Below are positions 48,999 to 59,177 of a stretch of 64,000 nt of DNA, in pieces. This stretch comes from an uncultured Chromatiales bacterium (GTDB lineage Bacteria > Pseudomonadota > Gammaproteobacteria > Poriferisulfidales > Poriferisulfidaceae), in contig CAZGIH010000017.1 in assembly GCA_964526195.1 (NCBI GenBank), forward strand, positions 131,888-195,887, in the 5' to 3' direction. Under the pieces are notes generated by a model that was not told where the DNA came from, searched no databases, and saw only the letters and a list, made by a program, of their open reading frames with translations. Made by a program: the position numbers and the translations under genes. Each line of letters starts with the position of its first letter. Position 1 is the stretch's first letter.

Positions 48999-50285
48999 AT
49001 GACAACCCTGACAAGACGCGGCTTCCTGAAAGCGACCGGCGGCATTGCGGCCGTAGGCACGATCGGGATGAGTTTCCCCCAGCTTGCCCTCGGCGGCAAC
49101 AAGAATGTGGTGGTGATTGGCGGTGGCGCTGCTGGCGCGGTTGCAGCCAAGCACATCAAACTGGCGGATTCCGGAATTAACGTCACCCTAATCGAAGCCA
49201 ACAATCACTATTACACCTGCTTCATGAGCAACGAGGTCATCGGAGGCGACCGGGACATCTCGACCATCCGTCACGGATACGAGGGCTTGGCAAACCACGG
49301 CATCCAGGTGGTGCACTCCAAGGCCACGGGAGTGGACACCGATGCGCGCACCGTCACGACCGAGGGCGGAGACAGCTTTCCGTACGACCGGCTCGTCGTC
49401 AGCCCCGGCATCGACCTAAAGTGGAATGCGATCGAAGGTTACGACATGGCGGCAGCCAAAGCCATGCCCCACGCCTGGAAGGCCGGTCCCCAGACTGCAC
49501 TGCTACGCAGCCAACTCGAAGCCATGGACGACGGCGGCACGTTCATCATCTGCCCGCCCGGCAACCCATTCCGCTGCCCGCCCGGGCCCTACGAACGAGT
49601 CTGCCAGGTTGCCCATTACTTCAAGGAGAACAAACCAAATTCAAAAATCCTGGTGCTTGACGCCAAGGACAAGTTCTCGAAGATGGGCCTGTTCACGCAG
49701 GGATGGGAGCGTCGCTACGACGGCATGATCGAATGGATCTCCGGCACTGACACTGCCGGGGGCATCGCCGAGGTTAATACCGCCGACATGACGGTAACCA
49801 CCGAATTCGGCGACACTCACAAGGGTGCGGTAATCAACGTCATCCCACCGCAAAGCGCCGGACAGATCGCGCTGGCGGCCGGATTGGCCGACGACTCCGG
49901 CTGGTGCCCGGTCCATCTTGATACCTTCGAGTCGAAACTGGTGCCGGGCGTGCACGTCATCGGCGATGCCAGCATCGCCACTGGACTGCCGAAATCCGGA
50001 TATGCGGCCAATTCCGAAGGGAAGGTCTGCGCGGCGGCGGTCGTCGCCATGCTGGCCGATGAGGAACCCGGCACGCCATCCTATGTCAATACCTGCTACA
50101 GCCTGATTGCACCGGATTACGGCATTTCGGTTGCGGCGGTCTACCGCCTGGCGGAAGACAAGAGCAAGGTCGCCAAGGTGGCCGGAGGCCTGACGCCCTC
50201 GGACGCCTCGGACGAGATGCTGGCCCGCGAGGTTCAGTATGCGTACAGTTGGTACAACAACATCGTGGCGGACATGTTCGCCTGA
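48999..50285 (+). CDS. fccB: Flavocytochrome c sulfide dehydrogenase, FAD-binding subunit (Tat-exported)
   Basis: Tat signal [13 protein letters not shown]-binding [16 protein letters not shown]-fold flavoprotein. SD GGAGGAG upstream. Confidence 0.85.
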   Translation: MTTLTRRGFLKATGGIAAVGTIGMSFPQLALGGNKNVVVIGGGAAGAVAAKHIKLADSGINVTLIEANNHYYTCFMSNEVIGGDRDISTIRHGYEGLANHGIQVVHSKATGVDTDARTVTTEGGDSFPYDRLVVSPGIDLKWNAIEGYDMAAAKAMPHAWKAGPQTALLRSQLEAMDDGGTFIICPPGNPFRCPPGPYERVCQVAHYFKENKPNSKILVLDAKDKFSKMGLFTQGWERRYDGMIEWISGTDTAGGIAEVNTADMTVTTEFGDTHKGAVINVIPPQSAGQIALAAGLADDSGWCPVHLDTFESKLVPGVHVIGDASIATGLPKSGYAANSEGKVCAAAVVAMLADEEPGTPSYVNTCYSLIAPDYGISVAAVYRLAEDKSKVAKVAGGLTPSDASDEMLAREVQYAYSWYNNIVADMFA

Positions 50286-50317
50286 CACCGTCAGGGCGGA
50301 ACCCGCCAAACCCCAAA

Positions 50318-50348
50318 ACGCGGGGGCCTTAGTGGCCCCCGTTTTTGT
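50318..50348 (+). terminator. Rho-independent terminator after fccB (cgggggcc-ttagt-ggcccccg + TTTTTG)
   Basis: 8-bp GC stem and 5-nt loop followed by a T tract. An A-tract upstream suggests bidirectionality. Confidence 0.7.
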
Positions 50349-53300
50349 CTTTCCCCTTTCTCGTGCTTGAATTCCCTCCGCTTCCCTCCGCCGGCTCTCG
50401 CCTAGGCTGCGGACAACTGTATGGCGCGGCCCATGCCTTGGCCATTTCCGAGCTCGCCTGCCGGAACTCTGGCCTCACTCTAGTTGTTGCCCCCGACATC
50501 GCCGCCCAAGTCGCGCTGGAAGTCGAATGCCGATTTTTCCTCGGCCCGCAGACAGACCTCCTGTTGTCGTTCCCTGACTGGGAGACCCTGCCCTATGACC
50601 TGACCTCGCCGCATAGCGAGATCATCTCTCAACGCCTGCGGACACTCCATTGTCTCCAAACCCGAAAGGCAAACAGCCTGCTGATCACATCCGCCCCCAC
50701 CTTGCTGCAACGCCTGTGTCCGCCTGATCATGTCCACCGCCAAACGACCATCCTTTCCACCGGCGGCAAAATCGAAATCGAACAACTGCGCCAGCGACTG
50801 GACCTGGCTGGTTACCAGAACTGCTCCCAGGTCGTGGCTCCGGGAGAATTCGCCGTGCGCGGGTCGTTGCTTGATCTCTTTCCAATGGGATCCGAGTCTC
50901 CATGCCGACTCGACTTCCTCGACGACTGCATCGACTCCATCCGCATGTTCGATCCCGAACGCCAAATCTCGACCGAACGAATCGAACGCCTGGACATCCT
51001 GCCGGCACGAGAATTTCCGCTCGATCCGGAAACCATCGAGCGGTTTCGGAAGAATTTCCGCAGGGCGTTTGACATTGACCCGTCGCAAAGTCCCATCTAC
51101 CGGGATATCAGCGACGCGATCGTCCCTGTCGGCATCGAATACTACCTGCCCCTGTTCTTCGAGGGAACAGCCAGCCTTTTCGATTACCTGCCCGCTGAAA
51201 CCACCATCGTGTGCTGGAAAGACGTGGACGATGCCGCAGCCCAAACCCTGAGCGAGATCGAGACCCGTTGCGAAAGTCGGCTCCACGACGTTGAGCACCC
51301 GCCTTTGCCGGTTCCGATGTTGTATCTGAGCGAATCCAAATTGCAGGAAGCCCTAGCAGACTATCCGCGACTGGATCTCAACCGTTTTGAACACGAGAAG
51401 CAGTCGGAGGAAACTGCCTTCAACTACGCCTCACGCGCGCTCCCGGAACTCAAGGTGCGGCCACAGGACAAAGCCCCCGCCCGTGCCCTGCGCCAATTTT
51501 TGTCCTCTTCTTCACGGAGAATCCTGTTCACGACCCACTCTCCGGGACGGCGCGAGCAGTTGAAGGAGCGCCTGGGAGCCCTGAATATCCAAGTCAAGCC
51601 CGTGGAAAGTTGGGAAGACTTCCTTCGGCAGGGGCCGGACCTGGCGCTGGCGGTCGCGGACATTGAAGAGGGTTTCGAGCTTCCCAAGGCCGGGATTGCG
51701 ATCATCCCCGAGTCTCATCTGTTCCCGGACCGCACCCCCCAGCAACACCGTCAGCGGAGCCGAAGGGATCCCAAGGCCATCCTGTCCGAGCTTGCCAACC
51801 TCAAGCACAACAGTCCAGTGGTTCATGAAGACTATGGCGTCGGCCGCTACCAGGGGTTGCGCAAGTTGGAAATCGACGGGATCGAGCAGGAGTTTCTGCT
51901 CATTCAGTACGCCGACACGGACCGGCTGTATGTGCCGATCATGGAGTTGCATCGGATTACCCGTTACAGCGGCGCGGACCCGGAAGACGCGCCCCTGCAT
52001 TCTCTGGGCGGGGATCAATGGCAGAAAATCAAGCACCGGGCTGCGAAACGCGCCTACGATGCGGCGGCCAAGCTTCTGGAGGTCCAAGCCCGTCGCAATG
52101 CGCAGGGTGGGTGCACACTCAAAATCCCGTCGGATTATCCGAAATTCGAGGCGGCCTTCCCTTTCGATGAAACCCCGGACCAAGCGCAAGCCATCCGCGA
52201 AGTCTTGGAAGGTCTGGAAAGCGATTCACCCATGGACCGGATTGTCTGCGGCGATGTCGGCTTCGGAAAAACCGAAGTCGGGATGCGGGCCGCTTTCGTC
52301 GCTGCCTTCAACGGCTTCCAAGTCGCCATTCTGACTCCGACCACCCTGCTTGCCCAACAGCACGGCAAGACTTTTCGTGATCGGTTTGCCGATTGGCCTG
52401 TTCGGATCGAGGCAATCTCCCGCTTCCGGACTGCCCGAGAACAAGCCGGCATTCTGGCTGATCTCGCCGAGGGGAAACTGGACATCATCATCGGCACACA
52501 CCGGCTGCTACAGGATGACGTGAAATTCCACAATCTCGGACTGGTCATCATTGACGAAGAGCAGCGCTTCGGCGTGCGCCACAAGGAGAAATTGAAGGCG
52601 CTGCGGGCCCGGACCAACCTGCTGACCCTGACCGCCACCCCGATTCCCCGCACCTTGAACATGTCGCTGTCCGGTCTTCGAGACCTCTCGATCATCGCTA
52701 CCGCGCCTGCCCATCGACATGCGATCAAGACTTACGTCACCCAGTGGAACCAGCAGCAGATCCGAGAGGCCTGCCTGCGCGAGCTGAAACGGGGCGGGCA
52801 GATCTATATCCTGCACAACCGAACTGCTTCGATCGATCAAGCCGCCGAAACCATGCAGCAAATCGTTCCGGAGGCCGAAGTGCGGGTTGCGCACGGGCAG
52901 ATGCGGGAACGTGAACTGGAAGCCGTCATGCGTGACTTCTATCGTCAGCGGTTCAATATCCTGGTTTGCACCACGATTATCGAGAACGGCATTGACATCC
53001 CGACTGCCAATACCATCATCATCAATCGCGCGGACCATTTCGGACTGGCCCAGTTGCACCAACTGCGCGGCCGGGTCGGGCGTTCGCACCACCTCGCCTA
53101 CGCCTACCTGACTTGCCCGCCCCTGCAAACCATGACGCCCGATGCGAAGAAGCGGATCGAAGCCATCGAAGCCATGGAGGAACTTGGCTCCGGCTTCATG
53201 CTGGCGACCCAAGATCTTGAAATTCGCGGCGCTGGCGAACTGCTGGGCGAAGAACAGAGCGGCCAGATCCAGCAAATCGGGTTCGCGTTATATCACCGCC

Positions 53301-53815
53301 TGCTGCAGCGCGCGGTGGACACCCTGAAGAAAGGGGTGCTGCCGGAACTCGACAAGCCGCTCGAGCACGGGCCTGAGATCGACCTAGGCCTGCAGGCGTT
53401 GATCCCGGATGACTACCTCCCCGACGTCTACCTTCGGCTCACGCTGTACAAGCGGATTGCCGGTGCGACTTCCGACGCGGAACTCGACGACCTGCAAGTC
53501 GAGATGGTCGACCGTTTCGGGGCGCTGCCGCAGGCGGTCGCCAACCTGTTCGCCATCACCCGCCTGAAGCTGGAGATTACGACATTTGAATTTCTCCGTA
53601 AAATACAGTTGACCCGGCACGAAGGCCGAATCACGTTCGGCGATCCCGGCCCGGAGCCGGAATCCGTCGTCCGGATCATCGAGGACTCGTCCCACCGCTA
53701 CCGCCTAGACAACAAGATGCGCCTTCACTTCGAACTGGACATGCCGACTCTAGAGGACCGGATCCATGCCATCCGCGGCCTGACGCACCGCATCGGGACC
53801 CGGGAGGCTGCATGA
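50345..53815 (+). CDS. mfd: Transcription-repair coupling factor Mfd
   Basis: 1156 aa, collinear with E. coli Mfd (UvrB-homology, CarD/TRCF domain, superfamily-2 helicase motifs GDVGFGKTEV, DEEQRFGV). The start is uncertain (TTG 50345 or GTG 50363). Confidence 0.9.
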   Translation: MSFPFLVLEFPPLPSAGSRLGCGQLYGAAHALAISELACRNSGLTLVVAPDIAAQVALEVECRFFLGPQTDLLLSFPDWETLPYDLTSPHSEIISQRLRTLHCLQTRKANSLLITSAPTLLQRLCPPDHVHRQTTILSTGGKIEIEQLRQRLDLAGYQNCSQVVAPGEFAVRGSLLDLFPMGSESPCRLDFLDDCIDSIRMFDPERQISTERIERLDILPAREFPLDPETIERFRKNFRRAFDIDPSQSPIYRDISDAIVPVGIEYYLPLFFEGTASLFDYLPAETTIVCWKDVDDAAAQTLSEIETRCESRLHDVEHPPLPVPMLYLSESKLQEALADYPRLDLNRFEHEKQSEETAFNYASRALPELKVRPQDKAPARALRQFLSSSSRRILFTTHSPGRREQLKERLGALNIQVKPVESWEDFLRQGPDLALAVADIEEGFELPKAGIAIIPESHLFPDRTPQQHRQRSRRDPKAILSELANLKHNSPVVHEDYGVGRYQGLRKLEIDGIEQEFLLIQYADTDRLYVPIMELHRITRYSGADPEDAPLHSLGGDQWQKIKHRAAKRAYDAAAKLLEVQARRNAQGGCTLKIPSDYPKFEAAFPFDETPDQAQAIREVLEGLESDSPMDRIVCGDVGFGKTEVGMRAAFVAAFNGFQVAILTPTTLLAQQHGKTFRDRFADWPVRIEAISRFRTAREQAGILADLAEGKLDIIIGTHRLLQDDVKFHNLGLVIIDEEQRFGVRHKEKLKALRARTNLLTLTATPIPRTLNMSLSGLRDLSIIATAPAHRHAIKTYVTQWNQQQIREACLRELKRGGQIYILHNRTASIDQAAETMQQIVPEAEVRVAHGQMRERELEAVMRDFYRQRFNILVCTTIIENGIDIPTANTIIINRADHFGLAQLHQLRGRVGRSHHLAYAYLTCPPLQTMTPDAKKRIEAIEAMEELGSGFMLATQDLEIRGAGELLGEEQSGQIQQIGFALYHRLLQRAVDTLKKGVLPELDKPLEHGPEIDLGLQALIPDDYLPDVYLRLTLYKRIAGATSDAELDDLQVEMVDRFGALPQAVANLFAITRLKLEITTFEFLRKIQLTRHEGRITFGDPGPEPESVVRIIEDSSHRYRLDNKMRLHFELDMPTLEDRIHAIRGLTHRIGTREAA

Positions 53816-54534
53816 GGAAGGTTTCCGCTTGGCTCCTAGCTTTCGCGCTCCTGCCTGCCGCGGGCTGGGCTGAGGACCTTTATCGCGTGGAAATCCTCAT
53901 ATTTGTGCAACCCACAGAATCTTCGAGCCAGGTTCGGCATTTCGAATCGACTCCCGACCTGGAGCTGGACCAGGCGGTGGATTTCTGCCAGTATTTTTGC
54001 CTCCCTGCACGGTCGGGGGCCGAATTTATACGACGCTTCCTGTCTGAAGAAGAAGTTGCGGAATGCCTGAGCGGATACCTGCGCCTCAATGAACTCCGGC
54101 AGCCCATGGTAGGGGAACGGATCCGGCTGGAAAAATCCGGGCAATACCAGATCCTCCTCCACGCCGCCTGGCAGCAGCCGGCCTCGCTCCCGGATGAAGC
54201 CCACCCGGTCCGCCTGACCAATGGAAAAGCGTTTTCAGAGGCATCCCCGGATGCTCCGGTGCTGGACGGAAGCCTGCGACTGTCCAGGGAACAGTTTTTG
54301 CAAATCGATCTGAATCTGCTGTATCACTACCCTGCTGCAACCTCGGACCCCGACGGAGAACCCACTGGATCAGACGGTCTGCTACTCCAGGTCAACCGCA
54401 AGCTCCGTCCCGGCGACCTCAACTACATGGATCACCCCTTGCTCGGGGTTCTTGCACAGGTCACGCCAGTCGAAGAGGATCCGCTCGATCTCGAGGCGAG
54501 CCGAACTCTCCGCGCCATCAGCTCGGCGCGCTGA
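53812..54534 (+). CDS. csiV: CsiV-like periplasmic peptidoglycan-associated protein (DUF2803)
   Basis: Signal peptide and N-terminal LYRVEILIFVQ motif. Downstream of mfd with an ATGA overlap, the same synteny as Vibrio csiV. Confidence 0.55.
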   Translation: MRKVSAWLLAFALLPAAGWAEDLYRVEILIFVQPTESSSQVRHFESTPDLELDQAVDFCQYFCLPARSGAEFIRRFLSEEEVAECLSGYLRLNELRQPMVGERIRLEKSGQYQILLHAAWQQPASLPDEAHPVRLTNGKAFSEASPDAPVLDGSLRLSREQFLQIDLNLLYHYPAATSDPDGEPTGSDGLLLQVNRKLRPGDLNYMDHPLLGVLAQVTPVEEDPLDLEASRTLRAISSAR

Positions 54535-54545
54535 TTCTTCCGGCC

Positions 54546-55619
54546 TCAGCCGGGCTGCGACTGCACGTGCAGCGTTCTCGTTGGGAACGCAATCTCGGCG
54601 CCGTGCCGTTCCACGATTTCTGCTGCCGCGAGCAGGAGGTTCTGCTTGATCCGGGTGTACTCCGCGCGATGGACCTCGGGGGTGTAGCACTGGATGAAGA
54701 AATCCACCGAGGATTCGTTGAACATGTCGAAACGGACCAACACCGGCATTTCTTGGTCGACGTCCGGCGATCCCTCTAACAACGCCTGCACTTCGTCGAC
54801 GATCGTCTTCATCTTCCCCAAGTCGTCGTAGCGGAGCCCGATGACTTCCTTGATCATCCGGTGGGACATCCGGCTCGGATTTTCGATCACGATGGTCAGG
54901 AACATCCCGTTCGGGATGTACAGGGCATTTCTTGAATGTGTCCGGATCAGGGTCTGGCGCCATCCGATTCTTTCGACAGTCCCCTCGATATCGCGGTCCG
55001 GGGAGCGAATCCAGTCACCGGTCTTGAACGGACGATCCATGTGCAGCATCAAACCGCCGAAGAAATTCCCCAGCATGTCCTTGGCTGCCAACCCTACGAC
55101 CAAGCCTCCGACCCCGCTGAACGTGAGGAGGCCCACGATGCTCACGCCGAAAGTCTGAAGGAGGCCCATGCCGACAAGCACGACGATGGCGGCCTGCAGG
55201 GTCCGGGCGACTGCCAGATGCAGATCCTCGTCCAGTTCTTTGCCTTCGGCTCGGGCTCGCTGGCGCGCTTCGGCGCTGTAGTCACGGATGAGCGAAAACA
55301 GGAACCATCCCAGAATCAGAAAGACTCCTGCTCTCTGGATCTTCGGCAGCCAGGACGCGAAAGAGGACTCTCCCAGCAACAATTGAATGATCAGCGTCAG
55401 CGCGATGAACCAGATCAGAGCCTGCACGGGCTTGGATGCTGAACTCAGCACGGCGTCATCCATGAAGTTGGTCGTGCGTTGCGCGCCACGTTGCAGAATG
55501 CGCAGAAGCCAGCGTCCGATAAAGCTGGCCACCAGCGCCCCGGCCAGCAACAGGAGCACTTGAGACAGCCCTTCTTGTCCCAGGTGTGTCTGGCCAATCT
55601 CAAGCCACTGTTCGATCAT
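54546..55619 (-). CDS. Mechanosensitive ion channel, MscS family
   Basis: 357 aa with N-terminal TM helices and an MscS-like pore/beta domain. Confidence 0.75.
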   Translation of the reverse strand: MIEQWLEIGQTHLGQEGLSQVLLLLAGALVASFIGRWLLRILQRGAQRTTNFMDDAVLSSASKPVQALIWFIALTLIIQLLLGESSFASWLPKIQRAGVFLILGWFLFSLIRDYSAEARQRARAEGKELDEDLHLAVARTLQAAIVVLVGMGLLQTFGVSIVGLLTFSGVGGLVVGLAAKDMLGNFFGGLMLHMDRPFKTGDWIRSPDRDIEGTVERIGWRQTLIRTHSRNALYIPNGMFLTIVIENPSRMSHRMIKEVIGLRYDDLGKMKTIVDEVQALLEGSPDVDQEMPVLVRFDMFNESSVDFFIQCYTPEVHRAEYTRIKQNLLLAAAEIVERHGAEIAFPTRTLHVQSQPG

Positions 55620-56686
55620 AGATTCAACTCCAATTCGTCCTCTTCAGCATAACGAGCCGCCAATTCCACCGCTTCTTTCCACATCGGCAATTGGTGCAAA
55701 CCCTCAAGCGATTCGGCTTCCGGGGCACCGCGCATTCGGAACAGACGCAGGCTGGCCACCGGATTATGGTATTCCTTTAAGTGATCCAGCACCTCGTTGA
55801 CTGCCGGGCGATTATTGCACAGCAGCGCCACATCGCAGCCCGCCTGAAACGCCGCCCGTACCCGGGACTCGATATCTTCGTGCAAGTGGGCCGCATGCAT
55901 GTTCAGGTCGTCGCTGAACACCACCCCGGAAAAACTCATCTGGCCGCGCAAGATGCGCTGCAGCCATTTGTGCGAGAAAGTAACCGGAACCTCGTCCACC
56001 CCCGGGAAGATGATGTGGGCCGTCATCACTCCTTCGCCGTAGGCCGACCCCAAGTGTTCGAATGGAACCAGATCTTCGCCCTGGATTTCCTGAAAACTAC
56101 GCTTGTCAACCGGCATATCCTTATGAGAATCCTCGTGCACGTGCCCATGCCCCGGGAAATGCTTGATTACCGATTTCATCCCGGCCTGATGCATGCCGGC
56201 AATGTAACGGGAAGCCAGTTCGGAGACGGTGTACGGATTCCGATGGAAGGCTCGCCCACCGATGACCTCACTGGTCCCCCAGTTCAGGTCCACCACAGGG
56301 GCAAACGAGATGTCCACGCCGACCGCCCTTAATTCAGCTGCCATCAGCCAGCCCATCAGCGTACAGGCCCGGTAGGCATGCTCCCGGTCCCGGCGGTACA
56401 GCTTGCCGAGTGCCTGGGCAGCCGGCAAGCGCGTAAATCCTTTCCGGAAACGCTGGACTGTCCCGCCTTCCTGATCCACGCAGACCGCCAGACCCGGCGT
56501 CCGGATCTGATGGACCTGCCGGATTAATTCCTCGAGTTGCTCGGGAGACTCGTAGTTCCGCGTGAACAGGATCAGACCCCCCACCAAAGGATGGGCAAGA
56601 ATCTCTCGATCCTCGGGCTCCAACTCCTTCCCTGACACGTCCACGATCAATGAACCCAAGGGAAGTTCCAAAGGACTGGTCCCCAT
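55616..56686 (-). CDS. nagZ: Beta-N-acetylhexosaminidase NagZ (GH3)
   Basis: The KHFPGHGHVHEDSH motif and an N-terminus aligned to NagZ. The start is moved to M7. Confidence 0.85.
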   Translation of the reverse strand: MGTSPLELPLGSLIVDVSGKELEPEDREILAHPLVGGLILFTRNYESPEQLEELIRQVHQIRTPGLAVCVDQEGGTVQRFRKGFTRLPAAQALGKLYRRDREHAYRACTLMGWLMAAELRAVGVDISFAPVVDLNWGTSEVIGGRAFHRNPYTVSELASRYIAGMHQAGMKSVIKHFPGHGHVHEDSHKDMPVDKRSFQEIQGEDLVPFEHLGSAYGEGVMTAHIIFPGVDEVPVTFSHKWLQRILRGQMSFSGVVFSDDLNMHAAHLHEDIESRVRAAFQAGCDVALLCNNRPAVNEVLDHLKEYHNPVASLRLFRMRGAPEAESLEGLHQLPMWKEAVELAARYAEEDELELNL

Positions 56687-56751
56687 CAAACTCTCCTGCC
56701 GCATGATGCGTTACGATAGTTTGCACGACATTTGGCTTGGGAGGACATACC

Positions 56752-57165
56752 ATGCCTGTACAAATCAAGAGAGGATTCAAGGAAATGCTGTCCGAGGCCG
56801 CTGGTCAGGTCGACGAAGTCTCTGTCGCGACTGTCGCTCAGGCCCTGAACGAGCCTGGCGTAGTCGTCGTCGACGTGCGCGACCAGAATGAACTGGTCCA
56901 AAGCGGCACGGTGCCCGGTGCGTACCACGCCTCGCGCGGCATGCTGGAATTCTACGCCGACCCGTCTTCGCCGAAGCATCTGCCGATCTTCGCTCAAGCC
57001 GAGAACCTGATCCTGTATTGCGGGACCAGCGGCCGCTCGGCACTGGCCGCCAACACGCTCAAGCAGATGGGCTTCGAAAACGTCAAACATATGGCTGGGG
57101 GATTCAGAGCCTGGGTTGAAGCCGGCAATCCCGTGGATCCTTTCCCGCCAGAAACCAGCGACTAA
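56752..57165 (+). CDS. Single-domain rhodanese sulfurtransferase
   Basis: Active-site loop YCGTSGRS. Start at MPVQIKRG. Confidence 0.75.
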   Translation: MPVQIKRGFKEMLSEAAGQVDEVSVATVAQALNEPGVVVVDVRDQNELVQSGTVPGAYHASRGMLEFYADPSSPKHLPIFAQAENLILYCGTSGRSALAANTLKQMGFENVKHMAGGFRAWVEAGNPVDPFPPETSD

Positions 57166-57210
57166 TCTCGATTCTACCAAGGCCCGGATGCTTCCGCTTC
57201 CGGGCCGCCC

Positions 57211-58539
57211 TCAATTAGCCGAACGTCTGCGCGCACTTTCCCGGATCTTCTGCAACCACTCCCCGATTGCCTTCTCGTGGCCTCGGTCGACGGGGAAATA
57301 GAACGACGTGCCTTGCAAGGATTCGGGCAGGTAGACTTCATCGGCCACGTACCCGCTCTCGTGGTCATGTGCGTATTGATAGTCTTTCCCGTAGCCCAGA
57401 TCCTTCATCAACTGGGTCGGGGCATTGCGCAAATGCATCGGGACCTCCAAAGTGCCCGATTTCTTGGCCTGCTCCATCGCCGCCTTGTAAGCCATGTACA
57501 CCGCGTTGCTTTTGGGTGAACAAGCCAGATAGGCGACTGCCGATGCGATGGCCAATTCCCCTTCGGGGGAACCCAGTCGCTCATAGGCCTGCCAAGCGGA
57601 CAGGCACAGGTTGAGTGCCTGTGGGGCGGCATTTCCAATGTCCTCGCTTGCCATCCGCACCACGCGCCGGGCAATGTATCGGGGGTCGCAGCCCCCGTCC
57701 AGCATGCGGCATAACCAGTACAAGGCGGCATCCGGGTCGGACCCTCGCACCGATTTGTGAAGCGCGGATATCTGGTCGTAAAAATACTCTCCCCCCTTGT
57801 CGAAACGCCGAGTGCCCTGCCCTGCAACTTGCTGCATGATCGCCGCATCGATGACTTTCTTTCCCTCCTGCTCCGGCGCAAGGTCCAAGCCGATCTCCAG
57901 CAGATTCAGCAAAACACGTGCGTCGCCATCCGCCACCTGAATCATCAAGTCGCGCGCATCGTCTTCCAACGTAGCCGGGCGTGCACCCGCGCCCCGCTCT
58001 TCGTCCGTCAGCGCCCACTCAAGCAATTGCGCCAAATCCTCTTTCTCGAGCATTTTCAGGACATAGACACGGACACGGGACAGCAATGCATTGTTGAGTT
58101 CGAACGAAGGATTCTCCGTTGTCGCGCCGAGCAGGTAAATCGTCCCATCCTCGACATGCGGCAAAAACACGTCTTGTTGCGCCTTGTTGAGGCGATGAAC
58201 CTCATCGATGAACAGAGCAGTGGCCTGCTGGTCGCGATCCTGAGCTAGCCGGGCTTCCGTGATCGCCTCACGGATTTCCTTGACTCCGGCCAGTACGGCC
58301 GAAAGGCTAATGAACCGGGCCTCAGCGTACCGGCTGATCAGTTTCGCCAGCGTGGTCTTGCCCGTGCCCGGAGGCCCCCAAAACACCATGGAGTGGAGTT
58401 TCCCGGCCTCGACTGCCTGCCGCAGAGGCAGCCCTTCTGCAAGCAGGTGCTGCTGCCCAACAAATTCTTCCAGGCTCCGTGGGCGCATCCGATCCGCCAG
58501 TGGACGGAATTCTTTTCTCGAATCGAATAGTTCGCTCAT
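57211..58539 (-). CDS. rarA: Replication-associated recombination protein A
   Basis: AAA+ GPPGTGKTT motif; 442 aa. Confidence 0.9.
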   Translation of the reverse strand: MSELFDSRKEFRPLADRMRPRSLEEFVGQQHLLAEGLPLRQAVEAGKLHSMVFWGPPGTGKTTLAKLISRYAEARFISLSAVLAGVKEIREAITEARLAQDRDQQATALFIDEVHRLNKAQQDVFLPHVEDGTIYLLGATTENPSFELNNALLSRVRVYVLKMLEKEDLAQLLEWALTDEERGAGARPATLEDDARDLMIQVADGDARVLLNLLEIGLDLAPEQEGKKVIDAAIMQQVAGQGTRRFDKGGEYFYDQISALHKSVRGSDPDAALYWLCRMLDGGCDPRYIARRVVRMASEDIGNAAPQALNLCLSAWQAYERLGSPEGELAIASAVAYLACSPKSNAVYMAYKAAMEQAKKSGTLEVPMHLRNAPTQLMKDLGYGKDYQYAHDHESGYVADEVYLPESLQGTSFYFPVDRGHEKAIGEWLQKIRESARRRSAN

Positions 58540-59177
58540 TGGGTCGGCGTGCCAAGAATATCCGTGCCTCGTGGCGGTTGGTAGGAAAAGAATTCCGGTT
58601 GCAGGGGAGGATTTACTTGCACCTGCTCGAACCGGATCTGCACTTCCTGCCCGAACTGATCGATGAAATGCAAGCGTTCCAGCGTGCCCGAACGCAAGCC
58701 AATCAAAAGTTCAACCGGTCGTGCAGCACCTGCCCGAGACTGCAACATAATCCAATCGATCCCGTCCTGGTGCTGGGTGCGCTCGACCGCAAACAGATCT
58801 TCCAAGACCCGCGAGCCCAACAAAGCTGAAAGCGGCGTATCGTTTAGAGCGTCTTCCACCCGCGCGACGGTAGCCTGCTCAAGAATCGGATCATAAGACC
58901 AGAAATTGACACCATCGGAAACTAGAATCAGGGGTTCGGGCTCCCGGTAATTCCAGCGCATGAAATTTGGACGCAATAGGCTCATGTCGCCATGTCCGGA
59001 TGACAGGAGTTCCCCGTCTGCCGACCAGACTTCCTGCTGGAAAAACGCCGTCAGGGATTGAGTCTGTTCGAAAAACTGCTCAAGCTCACTTTCCGGAGTC
59101 GCTGGCACATCCTGAATTGCGACCAGTCCGAACAGACCGACAAAAACCAAGGATCGGATCGCCGGAGACGCCATCAC
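58536..59177 (-). CDS. lolA: Outer-membrane lipoprotein carrier protein LolA
   Basis: 213 aa with a signal peptide. Conserved ftsK-lolA-rarA synteny. Confidence 0.85.
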   Translation of the reverse strand: MMASPAIRSLVFVGLFGLVAIQDVPATPESELEQFFEQTQSLTAFFQQEVWSADGELLSSGHGDMSLLRPNFMRWNYREPEPLILVSDGVNFWSYDPILEQATVARVEDALNDTPLSALLGSRVLEDLFAVERTQHQDGIDWIMLQSRAGAARPVELLIGLRSGTLERLHFIDQFGQEVQIRFEQVQVNPPLQPEFFSYQPPRGTDILGTPTQ

